From: a virus
Taxonomy: Duplodnaviria; Caudoviricetes
IMG/VR virus record: IMGVR_UViG_3300028393_000172
Location: 1-37,026 of that record
DNA length: 37,026 nt
Strand: one strand, 5' to 3'
The first letter of the stretch is position 1. Each line of letters opens with the position of its first letter. The notes below the pieces were generated by a model, which made no database searches, was not told the origin of the DNA, and saw only the letters and a program-made list of their open reading frames with translations. The position numbers and the translations under genes were made by a program. Positions 17,695 through 25,201 of the stretch are shown here, piece after piece.

Positions 17695-20600
17695 ATGCCA
17701 ATTACACAAGGTGGAAATTTTAGTCCCGAAAATACAATAGTCAGTCCGGGAGTCTTTACAAGAGAAAATGATTTATCGGGCATCGCACAAGGCGTTGCCG
17801 ATATTGGCGCAGTAATAGTCGCACCGTTCTCAAAAGGCCCTGGCTTCAGCCCAACATTGTTAACCAATGTCGCTGACCTAGAAAATACATTCGGAACTGC
17901 CGACGGTACACTCTACGGACCCTATACAGCTAAACAATATCTCAATGAAAAGGGATTTGTTACCGTATGTCGCGTCGGTGGCGTGACCGGATACAATCAA
18001 CAATATCCATTAGCAATTTATGCTGAACCAGGCTATTATACCAGAAATGGTGACTTGGGTTCCATCGTAAGCGCATCTTCATTTGTTAACCTTTCGTCAG
18101 CAACCGCTCTTATTAGCGGTTCTTCCGATTATTTGAGTGGGAGTATTATATCTTTAACAACATTAGCCTCAGGTAGTGCTCTTCAATATATTACTTCTGC
18201 TTCTGTGGCAGTTAGTATACCATCTGCGTCATTTACATTCACATTTGCCTCAACGGCGGGATCTGCCAGTGTTACTCAGATAAACGGTATAAGTGGAAGT
18301 TTGTTCTACGCCGGATCTACTATCACAACCACTCTTTCTGCTTATACTACTTTAGGATTTACTGGTTCATGGACATCTTCAGCTGCGCAAACGGTACTAA
18401 GCGGCGCTAATGCCAGATCGGTGTTAGATTATGGTATTTCAAACAACATTTTGACATCATCCGGTGCGCTTCCACTTAGTATGCCACTATCAGGTGGCAC
18501 TGCTCCGTTCAATAACGTATATTTGATAAGCGGTTCTATCATTGAATATAAAGGAAGTTGCGCAAATCCAGTATTTAGAATTCAAGGTATACTATCCGGA
18601 TCATTCGGTCAATATACTGGACAATTCAACTCATACGGAACTTCAAGCAATGACGGATGTGGTAATTGGACATCAAGTTATGCTTCTGGATCTGCGGTTT
18701 TATTGGCGGTTCTTGCTGATACTTCAAATAATTCTCCAAATACCAGTTTGGTATCACCCGGATTCAGTGGTTCTTCTTTGAATACCTCGTCTGTATTGAA
18801 CAGTAACAGTTCAAGTATTATTTCGGACTACTTCTTGAATTTGTCTGGATCAACTAAAGGTACATACGGAACCTATGAATTCTCATTGGATCCTGCCAAC
18901 ACAAAATACATTAAAAACGTATTTCCAACATCTGCTGTGACTTCACTTGCTACAACAAATGCGTATTTGTATTCTATGTTTGAAGATAGTATCAAAACTA
19001 TTGCTGCAAATCCAAGTGGATATGGTATCAAAGTAATAACATTACCGGGTGCAGCTGGAACAGCATTTGATGGTTCTTCTCCATTGAATTTCACTGATAC
19101 CAATTCGTTTGCTCCACAAAATGGTGATAGTAATTTCAGTTTGAATAATGCAAATACACCGTTCATCGTGTCTCAAAAAGTTGCATCCGTAAATGGAACA
19201 ACCTCACGTTATGAACTGTTCCAATTAATGACTCTCTCAGATGGAACTAACACAAATACTCAATATAAGATTGAAATCAGTGATGTTCGTTTGGCAGGTA
19301 CTGTGCCTGGTAGTGATTGGGGAACATTCACACTTGGAGTTCGTGACTTCAATGATACGGACAAGCGTCCTAAGTATCTTGAAATCTATACCAACTTGAG
19401 TTTGGACCCAGACAGTGCAAACTTTGTTGCTCGTCGTATAGGTGATCGTTACAACTTTATTACGTACAGTGGCAAGATTGTTGAATTTGGAACATATGCT
19501 AAAGTAAGTAAATGCATTCGCGTCACAATGGCTACGAGTTCATATCCAGTAAGTGCAGTTCCTTATGGATTTGAAGCATATTCTACTCCAGTCGCAGGTG
19601 ATATTGCTAAAATAACTTCAACATTGAAGTATAGTAATGCGTCTCTATATGGAACTTCACTCGGTAAGTATCCATCGGGTGTAGTATTTAATGATGTACC
19701 GTCAACTGATTCTGAAATTGTCAGTTTGTATCCTACTTCCTCAACGGGAGTTCCTGTATATCATGACAATCTACAGTACTTTGTCGCACTTCCCGCATCG
19801 GCAGTCGTCGGAGGAAATGCCACATTCGCACTTGATAACACCATAGTTGGATCCAATACTGGTTCAATTCTTGTTGCAAGTTTGAGTGGTAGTATTCCTT
19901 CTACTGTAACCGCACTTGAAACAACTTATGTCAAGATGCGTAAGTTTATTCTAGGATTCCAAGGTGGATTTGATGGTCAATCACCTGCTGTTAAGATTAA
20001 CTTGGGCGGTGATATCGTCGCAGGTAACACTCAAGGTTTGGATTGTACCAACATTAACAGCGCAGGATCAATTGGTTATAAACACGCGATTGCTGCACTT
20101 GGAAATGCTGACGAGTTTGATATCAATTTGATTGTAACTCCAGGTATCTTCCACAGTCAACACAGTTATGTAACACAACTCGTAACTGATATGATTGAAG
20201 CTCGTGGTGATTGTTTCTATATCATGGATAACGTAGTATTCCCATCAAATCCACAACAAAGTATTGGATTGATTGCTGCTGCTGTAAGTGATGTATCAAC
20301 AATTGACAGTAACTATGTTGCAACTTATTATCCTTGGGTCAAGATTCTTGACACAAACATTAATAAAGTTATAAGTGTTCCTCCGTCTGTAGTATTGCCA
20401 GCAGTTTTCGCTGCAAATGACAATGCTGCCGCCGAATGGTTCGCTCCCGCTGGTTTGAATCGTGGTGGTATTGCACAAGCAGTTCAAGTTCTTGATAGAA
20501 CAACTCACCAAGAACGTGATACATTGTATCAAGGACGTGTCAATCCAATCGCATCATTCCCCGGACAAGGTATATGTGTGTGGGGTCAAAAGACTCTACA

Positions 20601-20940
20601 ACAAAAATCAAGTGCATTGGATAGAATAAGTGTTCGTAGATTATTGATTGGATTGAAGAAGTATATTGCTTCAACAAGTAAATACCTTGTATTTGAACAA
20701 AATGTGGCTTCAACTCGCAATCGTTTCTTGAGTATCGTAAATCCATATTTGGAGGGAGTTCAACAACGCAGCGGTTTGTATGCTTTCCAAGTTAAAATGG
20801 ACGAAAACAATAACACTGCGGATATAATTGATCGTAATATCCTTTATGGTCAAATTTATATTCAACCAACCCGTACATCTGAATTCGTAGTTCTGGATTT
20901 CAATGTACTTCCTACAGGTGCAGCTTTTCCAAATTCGTGA
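17695..20940 (+). CDS. Contractile tail sheath protein (gp18-like)
   Basis: SPGVFTREND N-terminus; YYPWV, WFAPAGLNRG, VWGQKTLQ, LDRISVRRL and VFEQN C-terminal sheath motifs. Confidence 0.95.
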   Translation: MPITQGGNFSPENTIVSPGVFTRENDLSGIAQGVADIGAVIVAPFSKGPGFSPTLLTNVADLENTFGTADGTLYGPYTAKQYLNEKGFVTVCRVGGVTGYNQQYPLAIYAEPGYYTRNGDLGSIVSASSFVNLSSATALISGSSDYLSGSIISLTTLASGSALQYITSASVAVSIPSASFTFTFASTAGSASVTQINGISGSLFYAGSTITTTLSAYTTLGFTGSWTSSAAQTVLSGANARSVLDYGISNNILTSSGALPLSMPLSGGTAPFNNVYLISGSIIEYKGSCANPVFRIQGILSGSFGQYTGQFNSYGTSSNDGCGNWTSSYASGSAVLLAVLADTSNNSPNTSLVSPGFSGSSLNTSSVLNSNSSSIISDYFLNLSGSTKGTYGTYEFSLDPANTKYIKNVFPTSAVTSLATTNAYLYSMFEDSIKTIAANPSGYGIKVITLPGAAGTAFDGSSPLNFTDTNSFAPQNGDSNFSLNNANTPFIVSQKVASVNGTTSRYELFQLMTLSDGTNTNTQYKIEISDVRLAGTVPGSDWGTFTLGVRDFNDTDKRPKYLEIYTNLSLDPDSANFVARRIGDRYNFITYSGKIVEFGTYAKVSKCIRVTMATSSYPVSAVPYGFEAYSTPVAGDIAKITSTLKYSNASLYGTSLGKYPSGVVFNDVPSTDSEIVSLYPTSSTGVPVYHDNLQYFVALPASAVVGGNATFALDNTIVGSNTGSILVASLSGSIPSTVTALETTYVKMRKFILGFQGGFDGQSPAVKINLGGDIVAGNTQGLDCTNINSAGSIGYKHAIAALGNADEFDINLIVTPGIFHSQHSYVTQLVTDMIEARGDCFYIMDNVVFPSNPQQSIGLIAAAVSDVSTIDSNYVATYYPWVKILDTNINKVISVPPSVVLPAVFAANDNAAAEWFAPAGLNRGGIAQAVQVLDRTTHQERDTLYQGRVNPIASFPGQGICVWGQKTLQQKSSALDRISVRRLLIGLKKYIASTSKYLVFEQNVASTRNRFLSIVNPYLEGVQQRSGLYAFQVKMDENNNTADIIDRNILYGQIYIQPTRTSEFVVLDFNVLPTGAAFPNS

Positions 20941-20958
20941 TAAATAATTAAAACATAC

Positions 20959-20990
20959 AAAACCCACTTTTCAAAAGAAGTGGGTTTTTT
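20959..20990 (+). terminator. Rho-independent terminator
   Basis: AAAACCCACTT/AAGTGGGTTTT stem followed by a T-tract. Confidence 0.85.
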
Positions 20991-21042
20991 GTATTTTTAT
21001 GTTATACTTATATCATATACAAAATAGATACTAGTAAATCAT

Positions 21043-22860
21043 ATGAATAAATGTAAAGTGTGTAATATCAATACCAATAATGATAATTATTGTTCAATGA
21101 AATGTAGAGATTCATCAAGAAAAAGCAAATCTTGGATTATTAAAAAATGTAAAGTTTGTGAAACTGAATTTGAATGTAGGGTGTCCAGAATTAAAATATA
21201 CTGTTCACGTAAATGTGTGAGTAACGACAAAGATGTTACCATTAAAAAGAATGAAAAATCAAAAGAAACAAATATAAAGAAATATGGATGTCATCCATCA
21301 AAGACGGATTTGGTAAAAGAAAAAATAAAAAACAGTTTAATAGAAAAATATGGGGTAGACCATTATAGTAAAACTGAGGATTATAAAACAAAGGTAAAGT
21401 CTACTAATTTAAAAAAATATGGTGTAGAATATCCCCAACAAAATGAATTAATAAAAGAAAAAACGAAAATAAAAGTAAATAAAAAATATGGAGGATTTAC
21501 ATTAAAATCAGAAACGTTATCTGAGAAGGTGAGATTGACGATTTTAGAAAAATATGGAGTTGATAATGTTCAGAAAAATCAAAATATTAAAAATAAAAAA
21601 GAAAATACAAATTTAAAAAAATATGGGTTTAAAAGTCCATTAAAAAATGAAAGTGTAAAATCTAAAATAAAAGATACTTTGTTTAAAAAATATAATGTTA
21701 CTAACATTTCACACGATCCCAATACAAGACGCAAAATATCCGCCACAGTATATAAAAAGTTTTATGAATATTTGATAAATGAAAAATTGAAAAATATATG
21801 TACGCCTCTTTTTTCCATAGAAGAATATACAGGTGTAGAATATTACAAAAAATATCCATTTGAGTGCGTTAAATGTAACAATATATTTTCTGATTATTTG
21901 TACGGGGGGAACATTCCAAAATGTCAAATTTGTTATCCATTTATACGAAGCAAACCACAAAAAGAAGTTTATGATTTCATTAGGAACCTTTTACCGAAAA
22001 ATATTGAAATAATAGAAAATACTAAGAAAATTTTGCCGAGTGGAAAGGAATTGGATATATATATCCCATCAAAAAATATATCTATAGAATTTGATGGATT
22101 ATACTGGCACAGTGAAATTAACGGACAAAAAAATAAAAACTATCATTTGAATAAAACAGAAGAATGTGAAACCCTCGGTATAAAATGTATTCATATTTTT
22201 GAGAATGAATGGACATTGAAAAATGACATTATAAAAAGAAAAATATCGTATATGTTAAAAACAAAATCAAACAAAGGTATTTATGCTAGAAATTGTATAA
22301 TTAAGGAAATAGATGAAGATGAGAAACGATTGTTTTTAGATAAATACCATATTCAAGGAAATGATAAGAGTAAAATAAAATTGGGAGCTTTTTATCAAGA
22401 TGAATTGGTATCTACAATGACATTCAGTAAACAAAGACTTGCTCTCGGTAACAAACTTTCACATGACGATGAATATGAATTGATACGATTTTGCGTAGGA
22501 GACGAAAATGTGATTGGAATAGGAGGTAAACTATTATCATATTTCATTAAAAAACACAATCCGAGAAAAATTGTGAGTTATGCAGATAGAAGATATAGTG
22601 ATTCCAATGCGTTTTATCAAAAAATAGGTTTTAATTTTGTCAGTGTAACAAATCCCAATTATTGGTATTTTTTGCCTGGCAATTATTTAAAATTAATTCA
22701 CCGATTCAGTTTCAGGAAAAACATTTTACACAAAAAACTTGAAAAATTTGATGTAAATTTGACTGAGTGGCAAAATATGCAACTGAATGGATATGATAGA
22801 ATCTGGGACTGTGGACATTTGAAATACGAATGGTTAAGAGTAAACAAAAATCAACATTAA
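21043..22860 (+). CDS. Hef-like putative homing endonuclease: Zn fingers, 7 KYG repeats, Vsr/DUF559-like nuclease and GNAT/Mom-like domain
   Basis: CxxC..YCS..C twice; ~23-aa KKYG repeats; ELDIYIP...IEFDGLYWHS...IHIFENEW; YELIRFC...VSYADRRYS...YQKIGF...RIWDCG. Confidence 0.75.
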   Translation: MNKCKVCNINTNNDNYCSMKCRDSSRKSKSWIIKKCKVCETEFECRVSRIKIYCSRKCVSNDKDVTIKKNEKSKETNIKKYGCHPSKTDLVKEKIKNSLIEKYGVDHYSKTEDYKTKVKSTNLKKYGVEYPQQNELIKEKTKIKVNKKYGGFTLKSETLSEKVRLTILEKYGVDNVQKNQNIKNKKENTNLKKYGFKSPLKNESVKSKIKDTLFKKYNVTNISHDPNTRRKISATVYKKFYEYLINEKLKNICTPLFSIEEYTGVEYYKKYPFECVKCNNIFSDYLYGGNIPKCQICYPFIRSKPQKEVYDFIRNLLPKNIEIIENTKKILPSGKELDIYIPSKNISIEFDGLYWHSEINGQKNKNYHLNKTEECETLGIKCIHIFENEWTLKNDIIKRKISYMLKTKSNKGIYARNCIIKEIDEDEKRLFLDKYHIQGNDKSKIKLGAFYQDELVSTMTFSKQRLALGNKLSHDDEYELIRFCVGDENVIGIGGKLLSYFIKKHNPRKIVSYADRRYSDSNAFYQKIGFNFVSVTNPNYWYFLPGNYLKLIHRFSFRKNILHKKLEKFDVNLTEWQNMQLNGYDRIWDCGHLKYEWLRVNKNQH

Positions 22861-22898
22861 AATAAAATATTATATATATATAGATATAGTTATGACAT

Positions 22899-23582
22899 AT
22901 GAAAAGAGCCACAGGTAAAAGTAATTTAAGCATAGTAAATGATTATTTGAAAGGCGACCGACCGTTCGTACAAGTCGGTTATGATCCCAATATGGAACTT
23001 ATGAGTAGAAAAGAAGGATCTGAATGGGAAGATAATCAAGGTAACAAGTGGATAAAACAAGATGGAGTAAAGAAAAGGGTTTCTAAAAAATCCACAATTA
23101 ATATTGAGCAGAAATGTTCTATATGTGAAGCTGACATGAAGTGGGGAAATTATTTGGATCAAAGGGTATATCCAAAATGTGGAAAGTGTTATGATTGTAG
23201 CATTATATTTGACAATCGTTTAAAGTTACTTGGAGTTTTCAATGAATATGCCAGGTATACTGTATTTCAAAATCAACGATCCAAGTTAAATGACATAAAG
23301 ACGAAATTACAAGAAAGCATAGACTATTTGGAAAATTATGATTCAAAATTAAAGTATTATAACGGCGATGGAACCCATGAAGTTTGGACCGATGACACTG
23401 ATATCCGACAAAAAGTTCTTACAGATTTGCGAAAAGATATGACAGAAGTAGATATACAGTTGAAAGAAACCAACGAATCGTTAAGTCAAATTTCGTACGA
23501 TTCTTCCGTAGAAGAAAAAGCAAAACAAATGACTTTGGAAAGTTTGAAATCTAAAGAAAAAATGAAATTTGATGTTCTATGA
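22899..23582 (+). CDS. Hypothetical Zn-binding protein coupled to the terminase gene
   Basis: CSIC and CGKCYDC motifs; ATGA overlap with terL. Confidence 0.7.
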   Translation: MKRATGKSNLSIVNDYLKGDRPFVQVGYDPNMELMSRKEGSEWEDNQGNKWIKQDGVKKRVSKKSTINIEQKCSICEADMKWGNYLDQRVYPKCGKCYDCSIIFDNRLKLLGVFNEYARYTVFQNQRSKLNDIKTKLQESIDYLENYDSKLKYYNGDGTHEVWTDDTDIRQKVLTDLRKDMTEVDIQLKETNESLSQISYDSSVEEKAKQMTLESLKSKEKMKFDVL

Positions 23583-25168
23583 GTCAAAAAACTCTAAAAG
23601 ATGTAATAAAAGATGAGTATAAAAAATGTCTAATTGATCCGATGTATTTCATGAAGAAATATGTCAAAATTCAACATCAAACTCGCGGTATTATTCCATT
23701 TGAGTTATATCCATTTCAAGAAGAAACACTTCAAGACTTTATAGATCACGATAGAAACATCGTATTAAAGTCTCGTCAGATGGGTATTTCAACTCTTGTG
23801 TCTGCTTATGCATTGTGGACGATGATTTTTAATCCTGGTAAAAATGTGTTGATATTATCAACCGTTCAAAACACGTCAAAAGAAATTGTTTCCAAGATTC
23901 GTTTGGCAAATAATAATCTACCAAGTTGGTTGAAAGTTCCGACTGTGGAAGATAACAGACTGTCTTTGAAGTTTAAAAATGAATCTAGAGTATTAGCAGC
24001 ATCATCAGCTGCGGATAGTGCCCGTGGTTTTAGTTCATACCTATTGGTAATGGACGAATGCGCGTTCATCGAAAATGCTGAAGAAGTCTGGACATCTGCA
24101 CAACAAACTATGGCAACCGGAGGTAGAGCTATATTGCTTTCTACTCCAAATGGCGTTGGTAATTTCTTTCATCAAATGTGGGTGGATGCGGAAGCAAAGA
24201 AAAATACTTTTAATACAATACGATTAAAATGGAGTTTACATCCAGAAAGAGATCAAGCTTGGAGAAACAGACAAACTGACGAATTGGGTCAAAAACGATC
24301 TTCTCAAGAATGTGACACTGAATTTTTATCTTCAGGAAATACTGTAGTTGATACTGGGATTATTGAATTTTATAGAAATTCAAAGGCTAAAGATCCAGTA
24401 GAAATTCGTGGTATTGATCAAGGTTATTGGATTTGGGAATACCCAGATTATAGTAGAAATTATATAGTATGTGCCGACGTTGCAAGGGGCGACGGTGCAG
24501 ATTTTAGTGCATTTCATATATTGGACGTTGAAACACTCACACAGGTTGCTGAGTATAAGGGTCAAATGGATACCAAAAATTATGGGAATTTCTTGGTGGA
24601 GGTTGCAACTGCGTATAATAATGCGTTATTGATTGTAGAAAATAACAATTATGGTTGGGCGGTACTACAACAGATCATTGATAGACAATATCAAAATACA
24701 TTCTATAGCAGTGAAGATCTGCAATACGTAGACGTTGAACGTCAACTTAGCAACAAATACAACCGTGAAGAAAAAAAGATGGTTCCTGGATTTACAACTA
24801 GTTCCAAGACTCGCCCATTATTGATTTCTAAACTTGATACATATTTTAGAGAACAGTCTATAAATATATATTCTAAACGGTTATTAGACGAACTTTCAGT
24901 GTTCATATGGAACTCCAATAAAGCCGAAGCAATGAGAGGTTATAATGACGATTTGGTAATGTCATTGTCAATAGGATTGTGGGTCAGAGACACCGCACTG
25001 CGATTGCGCCAACAAGGTATGGATATGAACCGAAGTCTTATTAATGGGATCTCAAGAGTTTCAAACGACAAAGTTTATACCTCAAAAATGCAACCGAATG
25101 AAACTGGGTGGTCTATGAAATTGGGACAAAACAACGATAAACAAGAAAATCTCACATGGTTGTTGTAA
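23579..25168 (+). CDS. terL: Terminase large subunit (gp17-like)
   Basis: LYPFQ adenine-binding motif; KSRQMGIST Walker A; LLVMDE Walker B; STPNG coupling motif; CADVARG and DDLVMS nuclease motifs. Confidence 0.95.
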   Translation: MSQKTLKDVIKDEYKKCLIDPMYFMKKYVKIQHQTRGIIPFELYPFQEETLQDFIDHDRNIVLKSRQMGISTLVSAYALWTMIFNPGKNVLILSTVQNTSKEIVSKIRLANNNLPSWLKVPTVEDNRLSLKFKNESRVLAASSAADSARGFSSYLLVMDECAFIENAEEVWTSAQQTMATGGRAILLSTPNGVGNFFHQMWVDAEAKKNTFNTIRLKWSLHPERDQAWRNRQTDELGQKRSSQECDTEFLSSGNTVVDTGIIEFYRNSKAKDPVEIRGIDQGYWIWEYPDYSRNYIVCADVARGDGADFSAFHILDVETLTQVAEYKGQMDTKNYGNFLVEVATAYNNALLIVENNNYGWAVLQQIIDRQYQNTFYSSEDLQYVDVERQLSNKYNREEKKMVPGFTTSSKTRPLLISKLDTYFREQSINIYSKRLLDELSVFIWNSNKAEAMRGYNDDLVMSLSIGLWVRDTALRLRQQGMDMNRSLINGISRVSNDKVYTSKMQPNETGWSMKLGQNNDKQENLTWLL

Positions 25169-25201
25169 TTGTTTGATATATATACTATACTATACTAAAT
25201 T

